The notes below the pieces were generated by a model, which worked only from the letters and a program-made list of their open reading frames with translations, had not been told where the DNA came from and did no database searches. A program made the position numbers and the translations under genes. A stretch of DNA of 64,000 bases from an uncultured bacterium (lineage in GTDB: Bacteria; Fidelibacterota; Marinisomatia; Marinisomatales; UBA1611): positions 64,001 through 128,000 of the forward strand of contig CALSPG010000001.1 of NCBI GenBank assembly GCA_943788175.1. The letters run 5' to 3'. Of the stretch, positions 1 through 8,666 are shown in pieces (position 1 is the stretch's first letter; each line of letters begins with the position of its first letter).

Positions 1-186
1 AAGGTGAAAAGCGCATACCCTATTATTACGATAGATAGCATTTTAAAAATTAAAGAAATAAAAAAATACTTATCTAGGTTTAATAACCTTCATATGATTG
101 GTCGGAATTCAAGTTTTGAATATTTACACACTCATAATATAATGGAAAAATCGAGGTCGTTAATTAATAAAATGGTTTCATTATAA
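1..186 (+). CDS. C-terminal part of an FAD-dependent oxidoreductase (HemY-like/amine oxidase family), truncated by the window edge
   Basis: 'AYP...LHMIGRNSSFEYLHTHNIM' resembles the conserved C-terminal GRxxxFxY segment of this family; the frame is open from position 1. Confidence 0.6.
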   Translation, partial: KVKSAYPIITIDSILKIKEIKKYLSRFNNLHMIGRNSSFEYLHTHNIMEKSRSLINKMVSL

Positions 187-295
187 CCAGAATTAAAATT
201 ATAAATAATAATATTAAAGGCGCTTCATTTATAATTCTAAAATATTTTGAAGATTGTTTTTGATTCTGATTTTTGAATTCTTGCAGATTTAAACC
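164..295 (-). pseudogene. hemJ: 3' remnant of hemJ (protoporphyrinogen IX oxidase, CopD/HemJ family)
   Basis: Manual minus-strand translation gives GLNLQEFKNQNQKQSSKYFRIINEAPLILLFIILILVIMKPFY*. This matches the HemJ terminal motif (F/Y)RxxNE(V/A)P...(V/I)xKPF. There is an in-frame stop at 296-298 and no start codon. Confidence 0.75.
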
Positions 296-507
296 TTATA
301 GGGCATTATGAACGGTTATGGGGCTTGATTATTTAATAGATTATTATCAGTCTGGTTTGTCGCTTCAAGTTGAGGCTATTTTAAGGGGGAAAGGATATCT
401 TAAGACTTTTCCATTAGATTCAGCTATTATTATTTATGATAATTTATCAGGACTTCAAAAAAATAATAAACGGTAGAGATATTAAAAACTCGTTTTTGTA
501 ATATTGT

Positions 508-2574
508 ATGATGCAATATTTACATATTATCAATGTTTTAACTTTTTTATCAATCATTTTTTTTAGTTCCTGTAATGATAATAAAGGAGATACCTCAGCA
601 CCTGAAGTATCTATTACGTTTCCTGAAAATGGAGCGGTTGTTAATGAAATTGTCACTATCTCGGCAAATGCCACCGATAACGAGGAAATTGATTTTGTTC
701 AGTTCTTTGTGAATGATAGTTTAGATAGTGCTTTAGTCTCTGTAGAGCCATATTTATTTAATTGGAATACAAATAACATTGATGATGGAAATTATACTAT
801 AGCAGTTATTGCGCAAGATGCTAGCAATAACACAAGCGATACATTGCAACTTAATTTAACAGTTGATAATACGCTTTCGTCTCCAAGCGCTGTGGAAATT
901 ATTGATATATCATATAGCCTCAATCTGATGTCCATTCGTTTTAATAAATCTGTCGAAAACGACTTTAATGATTATACTATTCTCACATCAAACTCCGTTG
1001 AAGGCTCTGAAAAAAGTGAAATTGGTAAAATTGTAGAAGTTACAGACACTCTTTTTACAACTACTGATTTTAACCCTATTGAAGAATTGTGGTATTATGT
1101 TAAAGTAACAGACATTTATGGCTATTCCGAAACTAGTCAAGGGTTCAGAGTAAAAGACAGTGCTCCTTCACTATCTATTTTAAACCCTCCAAACTATAAT
1201 AGAGGGTCACTCCGTTTTCAATGGTCGATGAATAGCGATAATGATTTTTTAAAATATCATTTATATTCTTCCAATAATGAAGATATGTCCAGTAAAGTAC
1301 TAATAATCACTAATAATATAAAAAGTGATACTACTCATTCGGTTCATTTAGATTTAACTAGTCAGACAAAATATTACCAGCTTGAGGTAGAAGACCATTG
1401 GGGGTTTGTAAGTGTCGGAGCCTCGATTCAGGCTAATCTTCCTTTTAAGTTTATAAAGAATTTTGGAGGAACTCAAAATGATAGGGGGTATGCAGTGCAG
1501 TCTGTGATTGATGGCTATGTCATTGTTGGTTCTACAAATTCATTAGGCTCTGGTAATTCAGATGTCTGGGTTTTAAAACTCGATTTTGAGGGACAACAAG
1601 TGTGGTCACGAGTCTATGGTGGTCAAGGGAGTGATTTTGGTAAAGATATCAAAACCACATCGAACCCTGATGGCTATATTATTACTGGTTCGACAAACTC
1701 TTACAATTCAGATTCAAACATGGATATGTGGGTAATAAGGACAGATGATTTAGGTCAAACCTGTCTCTTTGATGAAAATGGTGAATGTTCCGAAAGTGAT
1801 ACTAAATGGGCGCGTACATTTGGAACAAGTGGAAATGATTATGGAAATAGTGTGGTCGAATCAAATGGTGAGTTTATTGCCGTTGGAAAAAGTGGAAGGA
1901 TACCATCTTTTTTTGTAGTGAAGATTGACGCTTTTGGTGGTAAAATTTGGGAAAATCTTTATGGTGAAGGTCCCAACGATAATGGCCAATATGTTATTGA
2001 ATCTCCTGGGCAAACGCCAAAGTATATTGCGCTTGGGCAGAGTAATAATCTTAATACCTCTGATAGTGATATTTGTATAATAGGAATTAATTCAAATGGA
2101 ATAGAGCAATGGGTTAGAAGTATTCAATACGGGAATTCTGTAAATGAACAAGGGTATTATATTTTTAAGCTTAGTGGAGGTGGTTATATCGTAACTGGCA
2201 CTAAACAAATAAATCATTGGGATGACCTATTGATGATGAAAGTGAACAATGATGGCACTCAATCTAGTAGCTGGACTTTTGGTGGTAGTTATAATGAAGT
2301 CGGTAATTTTGCTCAAGAGGTATCAGATGGCTATATCGTTTCAGGGTCTACTGAATCTTATGGCCAAGGTCTATATGATGCTTGGGTAGTTAAAACCAAT
2401 GATGATGGAGAGGAAATTTACAATCATACCTTCGGTGGTAATCTAGATGACAAAGCTCTTGGAGGAGTAAAAAGTATAAATGGAGACCCAGTTCTTGTCG
2501 GTTATACAAAATCTTTTGGTAATGGCGGAGAAGATATTCTTTTGATTGTACTAGACCGTGACTACCAGCCGTGA
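508..2574 (+). CDS. Surface lipoprotein: Ig-like (Big) domain, FN3-like domains, C-terminal beta-propeller
   Basis: Lipobox FFSSC; 'APEVSITFPENG...ANATDNEEIDFVQFFVND' Big-type domain; repeated 'FGG..ND.G..V.....GY.I.G.T.S....D.W..K.D..G...W' blades. Confidence 0.75.
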   Translation: MMQYLHIINVLTFLSIIFFSSCNDNKGDTSAPEVSITFPENGAVVNEIVTISANATDNEEIDFVQFFVNDSLDSALVSVEPYLFNWNTNNIDDGNYTIAVIAQDASNNTSDTLQLNLTVDNTLSSPSAVEIIDISYSLNLMSIRFNKSVENDFNDYTILTSNSVEGSEKSEIGKIVEVTDTLFTTTDFNPIEELWYYVKVTDIYGYSETSQGFRVKDSAPSLSILNPPNYNRGSLRFQWSMNSDNDFLKYHLYSSNNEDMSSKVLIITNNIKSDTTHSVHLDLTSQTKYYQLEVEDHWGFVSVGASIQANLPFKFIKNFGGTQNDRGYAVQSVIDGYVIVGSTNSLGSGNSDVWVLKLDFEGQQVWSRVYGGQGSDFGKDIKTTSNPDGYIITGSTNSYNSDSNMDMWVIRTDDLGQTCLFDENGECSESDTKWARTFGTSGNDYGNSVVESNGEFIAVGKSGRIPSFFVVKIDAFGGKIWENLYGEGPNDNGQYVIESPGQTPKYIALGQSNNLNTSDSDICIIGINSNGIEQWVRSIQYGNSVNEQGYYIFKLSGGGYIVTGTKQINHWDDLLMMKVNNDGTQSSSWTFGGSYNEVGNFAQEVSDGYIVSGSTESYGQGLYDAWVVKTNDDGEEIYNHTFGGNLDDKALGGVKSINGDPVLVGYTKSFGNGGEDILLIVLDRDYQP

Positions 2575-2912
2575 GGGCTATCAAGTGTTATATAGTTTTT
2601 TTAACCCTTCTAATGCTCCTAGGTTGCATTGGTCCATTTAAAAAGCAACCTGTTCCTAATTCAATAAGCGAGCAAATTATAACTGTTCATCCAGAGATTT
2701 CCTTGGAGTGGAAAAAGATTAGAGCCATTCAATCAGATAAAGCTCAAATAATTAATTTGATTGGAGATCCTGATTTTGTTGATCATCACAATGCCGGCGA
2801 AGATTGGTATTATAGTCATCACAGAAGCATAGATTATGGATTAATAAGTTTTCCTGTTAAAGGACATCTTGTAAATCATGCTCAATATATTAAATACCCT
2901 GAATGGAGATAA
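2571..2912 (+). CDS. Small lipoprotein, SmpA/OmlA (BamE)-like domain
   Basis: Lipobox LLGC; 'DKAQIINLIGDPDF....EDWYY' resembles the SmpA 'xxQVxxxLGxP...WxY' motif; GTGA overlap with the upstream gene. Confidence 0.5.
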   Translation: MRAIKCYIVFLTLLMLLGCIGPFKKQPVPNSISEQIITVHPEISLEWKKIRAIQSDKAQIINLIGDPDFVDHHNAGEDWYYSHHRSIDYGLISFPVKGHLVNHAQYIKYPEWR

Positions 2913-2967
2913 AATTATTAGATTTATGAACGTTTTAACTAAACTATAGCTATGAGAAATAAAAATT

Positions 2968-4230
2968 ATGACATCATCAAATAAATATGTTTTAAGTATA
3001 ATATTAGTTTCTTCTTTATTTGCGCAGAAAATTGAATTATCGAGTGGCTTTTACCATGATAAAAATCAAAAAGATTCAATAGAAGTTGTTTCTAGTTTAG
3101 AAAAAATTGATTTACAGTTAACTAATGGTTCAAAATTGAGGTTTTTTCGCGAAGACAATGAATATAAGATGCAAAATCTAACGAACGATGGCTTTACAGG
3201 TTTAAGACTACTAAATAACAATAAATTTGAATTGTATTATGATCATAGTCTTCCAAAGTCTTCTTTTAATTCTTATGAACTTTATAAAAAACCTGGAGTT
3301 TTAAATAAAGTAATCGCTTTCTTGGTTACTAGCGCCCTGTTTATTTCAATATTTCAATTTTATCTTAAGCTAAATAAAGTGTGGAAGCGAAGAACTATTG
3401 CTGAAGTTGCCAATAGTATATCTATTGTAGCTGCTTTATTAGGGTTCACTGTGGGCTTTCCATTTTTACTAAATAGTCTTTTTATTAGTGGAGATTATCC
3501 TGCTGCTGGAAAGTCTGTTCTCGGCCTAGGTATGGCTGTAATGATGACATTAATAAGTATGGGTTATTTTGTTGAAGAGAACAAAGGTAAGAACTTTTTT
3601 AGGCTTTTGTTTGATGCGCTAGGAGCAGAGAAAAATGAATCAACCGATTTACTAAGTGCAATGCTTAGACCACAAGGTGCAACAAAAATAATTGAAATAC
3701 TTACACAGCTTGCGGCAATTGATGAAGAAGTAGCTCAAGAAGAGGTAGATTTGATTAATGACTTTGCAAGTAAGTGGAGAATAAATATTCCAGAAATTAA
3801 AGTCGGTGCTCCTGGAAAAATTACGAATCTTGTAGAGCTAAAAGCACTTGTTCAATCATATCTTGATGAAAAACCAGATGTAGAAGTTGCTCAAAACCTA
3901 GTTGACTTAATTAATATGATGGCTGAAGCAGACGATGAGGTTACAGATGAAGAGGCTATGGCAGTTGGGGAGTTTACAGGAATGATTGGACATTACGTCA
4001 GTCAAGAAAAAGGCGGTTCAATTGATGCTTTTGAAGTTGTTATAGTACCACAAAATGAAAATCAGTCCAATGCTGTCAAAGAGCTAATTCCAAATATAGA
4101 CTCTGTTAAAAAACAAGGTGGCGAGATATTTATTGTCGGGACGTTTTATTCTGAGGATTATGCTGAAGCTGTCTGCGGTAAATATATTTCACTAGGTCTT
4201 TTCACTAATTCAATAAAAGTAAAAATTTAA
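2968..4230 (+). CDS. Membrane protein with a TerB-like domain and a possible C-terminal SPOR-like domain
   Basis: N-terminal signal-like segment; about 3 TM helices; two TerB-type acidic motifs (LAAIDEEVAQEE, MAEADDEVTDEE); terminal 'IVGTFYSEDYAEAVC'. Confidence 0.6.
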   Translation: MTSSNKYVLSIILVSSLFAQKIELSSGFYHDKNQKDSIEVVSSLEKIDLQLTNGSKLRFFREDNEYKMQNLTNDGFTGLRLLNNNKFELYYDHSLPKSSFNSYELYKKPGVLNKVIAFLVTSALFISIFQFYLKLNKVWKRRTIAEVANSISIVAALLGFTVGFPFLLNSLFISGDYPAAGKSVLGLGMAVMMTLISMGYFVEENKGKNFFRLLFDALGAEKNESTDLLSAMLRPQGATKIIEILTQLAAIDEEVAQEEVDLINDFASKWRINIPEIKVGAPGKITNLVELKALVQSYLDEKPDVEVAQNLVDLINMMAEADDEVTDEEAMAVGEFTGMIGHYVSQEKGGSIDAFEVVIVPQNENQSNAVKELIPNIDSVKKQGGEIFIVGTFYSEDYAEAVCGKYISLGLFTNSIKVKI

Positions 4231-4248
4231 GTAATAACTATCTGATTT

Positions 4249-5736
4249 TTAGTTTTTTATAGCCCCAGGAACATTTGCTTTAATATATTGGACTGCTTCA
4301 AGGCCTTCATAAATTTTTGCCTTTGTTGGCTTAGTTGGATTTTCTACTGCTAGAAAAATCAACTTTGATTCTTTGTCATTTATAAAATATTGTAAAAGTT
4401 TATCTCCAGAAAGTGTTGTAGCTCCTAAGACCACTTCTAATTCTAATTTGATGTTACCAATACCATTGTATGATCTATATACTATTTCAGAACATGCTTG
4501 TTTTTCGCCACTAGTCAAATCAAAATCAAAATCATAATCATGGCCAAGAAATGAGTAAAGATTTTTGAGGGCTATGCGGATTTCACTATCATTTAAATTT
4601 GGTCTAAATGCGATAATTCTATTTGCATAACCATTTAAATAGGAGTCTAATGTAGATGTTCTTACCCCATCAGAATTTGCCTCAATTATATTATGATTTT
4701 CACCAATGTATTTTTTCTGATTTTCTTTTAGGCGAACTGCGCTTAGCATTGCATTCTTTTTAACGTCTTGAGAGCCGGTAAAAGATAAGGCATGTTTGAA
4801 ATAACCAGGTAAAAAGATATTACTTAGATATCCACTACTATAAGTTAGGATTATATCTCCAGGCTTTAATGCTTTTGTCACATGCTTTTTTTGTCGTCTT
4901 GAAAATTTTATGCCTTCAACAAGTGGCATCCTTACATCTGCCATGATTGTAAATAAAAACTCTTGTATTGCTTTTAGTTGGCTTCCTGCTTCATCAACCA
5001 TCGTGTTTACTGTTTCCTCGATAGTGTTGACCTGCATTATCTCTGCAGCCTCTAAGGGAAGAATAGTATAACTATCTAAGATTAATCTTTTATAATTATC
5101 ATATTCCTTAGCTAAGATTTCGGTCCTAGCTATCAATTCATCTATAAAAGGGAAGTAATCAGTTTTTTTATAAACTTCTTTTCTTCTATTGATTTGCCTT
5201 TTAAAGAATTCATTGGCAATATCAATATTGTTAACATTTTTAGGATTGGTTAGGTTGCTAATTAAGTAATTAAGACCATCTTTTTTTATTTCAGCTCTAG
5301 GGAACTCCTCATTTAATTTATTTATTAGAGGTTGATTACTAGCAGTTTTGAGGACTAATTCAGCGCTATGCTTGTAAAGAGTTAAAGAAGCACAATATCC
5401 AAGAGCAAATGCCTGTGCATTATTTTTCTTAAATTTTGACTTATTAGAAATATCTTTGTAGGCATTTACAATATCTAAAAGAGATTTTGTGCATAATGTA
5501 TATCTAAAGTAGAGTCTCTCAATTTCATCGTACTGGTTATTTGTAAAATATTTTTTGCCATTTTCTACGGAAGGTTTAATTAAAGAAAGCGATGATATTG
5601 TTTGATCTAAAACACTGTCAAATGTTTTTATATGATTGAAGTCATCTTCAGGAACCCAACGTTGAGAATAGTTTTGACCATGAGAAAAGAAAAAAGCAAT
5701 GAGAAAAACTGATTTTCTAAACGGTATTTTGGTCAT
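4249..5736 (-). CDS. YiiX/YebB-like permuted papain-like NlpC/P60 hydrolase with a long N-terminal helical region
   Basis: LKPGDIIL ... PGYFKHA (His) ... IIEA ... YDFDFD ... CSEIVY (Cys after His, i.e. permuted order). Confidence 0.85.
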   Translation of the reverse strand: MTKIPFRKSVFLIAFFFSHGQNYSQRWVPEDDFNHIKTFDSVLDQTISSLSLIKPSVENGKKYFTNNQYDEIERLYFRYTLCTKSLLDIVNAYKDISNKSKFKKNNAQAFALGYCASLTLYKHSAELVLKTASNQPLINKLNEEFPRAEIKKDGLNYLISNLTNPKNVNNIDIANEFFKRQINRRKEVYKKTDYFPFIDELIARTEILAKEYDNYKRLILDSYTILPLEAAEIMQVNTIEETVNTMVDEAGSQLKAIQEFLFTIMADVRMPLVEGIKFSRRQKKHVTKALKPGDIILTYSSGYLSNIFLPGYFKHALSFTGSQDVKKNAMLSAVRLKENQKKYIGENHNIIEANSDGVRTSTLDSYLNGYANRIIAFRPNLNDSEIRIALKNLYSFLGHDYDFDFDLTSGEKQACSEIVYRSYNGIGNIKLELEVVLGATTLSGDKLLQYFINDKESKLIFLAVENPTKPTKAKIYEGLEAVQYIKANVPGAIKN

Positions 5737-5759
5737 TAATGAAAGAGCTATATGATGTT

Positions 5760-7136
5760 CTACAGTTCTTTTAAGTCTTTTAGTAATTTTTGAAGCATTT
5801 CTTTTGCATCTCCAAAAACCATAATTGAATTATCATATCCAAAAAGTTCATTTTGAACTCCAGCAAAACCAGTATTCATCGTACGTTTATTTATAATTAC
5901 TGTTCTTGATTTATCTACATCTAAAATGGGCATACCATAAATAGGAGAAGACGAATCGTGCCTAGCTGCGGGGTTTACTACATCATTTGCACCTAAAACC
6001 AAAGCGACATCGCAGTCCTCAAATTCATTATTTACTTCATCAAGATCTTTGAGCTGATCATAGGGGATATTGGCTTCAGCTAAAAGAACATTCATATGTC
6101 CGGGCATTCTACCTGCAACAGGGTGAATTGCGTACAGCACTGTTTTACCATTTTTTGCTAAAAATTCAGCCACTTCTCTTACAGCATGCTGAGCTTGAGC
6201 AACAGCAAGACCATAGCCTGGAACTACAATGATTTTTTCCGCGGCATCAAATATCATTGCGGCTTCTTCTGTCGAATAGCTCTTGATATTTATTTGTTTT
6301 GTCTCACTACCTGAGTCAGTTGTTTGTTCTAGTCCAACAGCTCCAAAAATGACATTTGCTAAGGATCTGTTCATGCCCTTGCACATTATGTTTGTCAAAA
6401 TAAGTCCAGAAGCTCCAACTAGAGCGCCAGAAATAATAAGCGCATTATTATTTAATACAAACCCCGTTGAACTTGCGGCAATACCTGAATATGAATTTAA
6501 AAGAGATATAACAACGGGCATGTCTGCGCCACCAATTGGAATCGTTAAACCTATTCCAATAATAGCGGATGCAGCAATTATTAGATAAAAAATATTAATT
6601 TGCTCAGGGTCTAAAACAATATAAATAGATAATCCTAAAATAGAAATTCCGATAATTGCGTTTAAAAATTGTTGTCCAAAGAAAACGATAGGTTGTCCAC
6701 TAATAAATCCTTGAAGTTTTCCAAATGCTATAAAACTACCAGTGAATGTCAAAGTACCAACAAAAACAGATAAGGATATAGTTGCTAAACTAAAAGAAAG
6801 CAACGGTTCACTAGGGTTTAAAAATTCAGCGGCAGCAATTAGGGCCGATGCAATGCCACCAAAGCCATTAAAAATTGCAACCATTTGAGGCATCTGCGTC
6901 ATTTCTACTCTAATTGCAAAGAAAGCGCCAATGACAGAGCCAATAATTATGCCAATTGCAATTAACTCTAAATTGACGGTACTATTTGAAACTAGGGTTG
7001 TAATAATAGCAATGAGCATTCCTAGTGAAGCAATAAAATTTCCGCTTCTTGCAGTTTTAGGGTGGCTTAATCGTTTTATACCAATAATAAATAATATGGA
7101 TGATAAGACGTATAATATGCTATCTAAGTTTATCAT
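5760..7136 (-). CDS. pntB: NAD(P) transhydrogenase beta subunit
   Basis: MTQMPQMVA, IGGADMPVVISLLNSYSG, VPGYGLAVAQAQ, IHPVAGRMPGHMNVLLAEA, GANDVVNPAA. Confidence 0.98.
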   Translation of the reverse strand: MINLDSILYVLSSILFIIGIKRLSHPKTARSGNFIASLGMLIAIITTLVSNSTVNLELIAIGIIIGSVIGAFFAIRVEMTQMPQMVAIFNGFGGIASALIAAAEFLNPSEPLLSFSLATISLSVFVGTLTFTGSFIAFGKLQGFISGQPIVFFGQQFLNAIIGISILGLSIYIVLDPEQINIFYLIIAASAIIGIGLTIPIGGADMPVVISLLNSYSGIAASSTGFVLNNNALIISGALVGASGLILTNIMCKGMNRSLANVIFGAVGLEQTTDSGSETKQINIKSYSTEEAAMIFDAAEKIIVVPGYGLAVAQAQHAVREVAEFLAKNGKTVLYAIHPVAGRMPGHMNVLLAEANIPYDQLKDLDEVNNEFEDCDVALVLGANDVVNPAARHDSSSPIYGMPILDVDKSRTVIINKRTMNTGFAGVQNELFGYDNSIMVFGDAKEMLQKLLKDLKEL

Positions 7137-7139
7137 AGA

Positions 7140-7409
7140 CTATTTCTTTTTAAACATTTTTAGCATTCTATCAGTGACCATGAAACCACCGACAACATTA
7201 ACGGTTGCAAGTATGACTGCAACAAAGCCAAGCCAAGTACCAAGTTCACCGCCAACCTTGGTTGAAATTATTGCACCAACAATTGCAATTCCTGATATTG
7301 CGTTTGAACCACTCATTAGTGGTGTGTGCAGAGTAGGCGGTACTTTTGTTATTATCTCTACACCTACAAAAACCGCTAAAATAAAAACCGTAAAAATGTT
7401 TATGTCCAT
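7140..7409 (-). CDS. pntA: NAD(P) transhydrogenase alpha subunit part 2 (membrane, PntAB)
   Basis: VPPTLHTPLMSGSNAISG, NVVGGFMVTDRMLKMF. Confidence 0.96.
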   Translation of the reverse strand: MDINIFTVFILAVFVGVEIITKVPPTLHTPLMSGSNAISGIAIVGAIISTKVGGELGTWLGFVAVILATVNVVGGFMVTDRMLKMFKKK

Positions 7410-8546
7410 CTAAGAATCTTTCATGATGTTATTTGTGGGCTCATGCGTTATACTACCATGATGGGTAAAAGTTGAACCAGAGATTATCTCATCGTTCATA
7501 TCGAAATTAAGATTTTTTTCTTTAGTCATATGCTTAACTAATGCTAAAATATTTTTAGCGTATAATTCACTTGCATGAACCGGCATTGTCGCAGCAACAT
7601 TTGAAGTTCCGTCAATAATTACGCCATCATGTATAATGAGTTCATCTTTCTTAGTAATTTCACAGTTTCCCCCATTCTCCGCTGCAAGATCCATAATAAC
7701 GGAACCAGGTTTCATAAGTTCTACAACATCTTTTCCAATTAAAATAGGAGCTTTTCTACCAGGAATTAGAGCTGTTGTAATAACCATATCCGCTCTTGAT
7801 ATGTGCTCTTTAATAAGCTGCTGTTGCTTTTGCTTATAATCTTCAGATGTTTCTTTTGCATATCCACCTTCACCTACTCCATCATCAGATTCAGAGGAAA
7901 CTTCTACAAACTTTGCTCCAAGCGACTCAACTTGCTCTTTGACTTCAGGGCGAACATCAAAGGCCTCAACTTGAGAGCCAAGTCTCTTTGCGGTCGCGAT
8001 AGCTTGTAAACCTGCGACGCCTGCACCTAAAATTAAAACTTTAGCTGGTCTGATTGTTCCAGCAGCGGTCATCAATAATGGCATGTAAACACTCATATGA
8101 GTAGATCCCATTAGAACTGCTTTGTATCCAGCAATGTTTGCTTGCGATGAAAGTGCATCCATTTTTTGAGCTAGAGTTGTTCTAGGAACTAGGTGCATAG
8201 ACATTCCAGTAATATTGAATTTTTGCATAGCACTTACTTTATCTAATTCAATTGTCGGCTGAAAAAAAGAAATGCAAACTGATTTTTTGGCTAAAAGTGA
8301 AATCTCATCTAAACTTGGTGACGCGACTTTTAAGATTATGCTTGCATCATTTAATAATTCAGCAGAAGATTTAATAATTTTGGCACCAGATTTTTTAAAT
8401 AAATCATCAGAAATAAACGATTTATCCCCAGCACTGGCCTGAATACAAACTTCATAGCCTGATTTTATTAATTCTGAGACAGAATAAGGAGTTACAGCTA
8501 CTCTTGTTTCGCTGTCGACTGATTCTCTTGGTACTGAAATTTTCAT
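7410..8546 (-). CDS. pntA: NAD(P) transhydrogenase alpha subunit part 1 (soluble domain I, PntAA)
   Basis: ETRVAVTP, PRTTLAQKMDALSSQANIAGY, GAGVAGLQAIATAKRLG, GEGGYA, DLAAENGGNCE. Confidence 0.97.
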   Translation of the reverse strand: MKISVPRESVDSETRVAVTPYSVSELIKSGYEVCIQASAGDKSFISDDLFKKSGAKIIKSSAELLNDASIILKVASPSLDEISLLAKKSVCISFFQPTIELDKVSAMQKFNITGMSMHLVPRTTLAQKMDALSSQANIAGYKAVLMGSTHMSVYMPLLMTAAGTIRPAKVLILGAGVAGLQAIATAKRLGSQVEAFDVRPEVKEQVESLGAKFVEVSSESDDGVGEGGYAKETSEDYKQKQQQLIKEHISRADMVITTALIPGRKAPILIGKDVVELMKPGSVIMDLAAENGGNCEITKKDELIIHDGVIIDGTSNVAATMPVHASELYAKNILALVKHMTKEKNLNFDMNDEIISGSTFTHHGSITHEPTNNIMKDS

Positions 8547-8666
8547 TTTTTAATAGTGTTCTAAGCGCTGAACTTAGTAAGAAAAAATTAATGAACAATT
8601 GTTAAACAATAAAATTATTTACAATAAATTCCTTTCCTGTTTCAAATAAAAATAAATGAAATTTCA

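Noticed and set aside
318-476. 52-codon + strand ORF (MGLDYLIDYYQSGLSL...)
   Set aside because: No RBS and no recognisable motif; could be a gene fragment at the junction but cannot be supported
6283-8009. + strand ORFs of 67-160 aa opposite the pnt genes
   Set aside because: Antisense shadows of well-conserved pntA/pntB
7140-8546. Split pntA as a possible frameshift artefact
   Set aside because: A clean stop directly followed by ATG at the known PntAA/PntAB boundary; this is an established natural architecture
8594-8630. Palindrome AACAATTGTT and repeated ACAATAAA in the divergent pnt promoter region (possible Rex-like operator)
   Set aside because: Does not fit TTGTGAA-N4-TTCACAA, and such motifs are expected by chance in very AT-rich DNA
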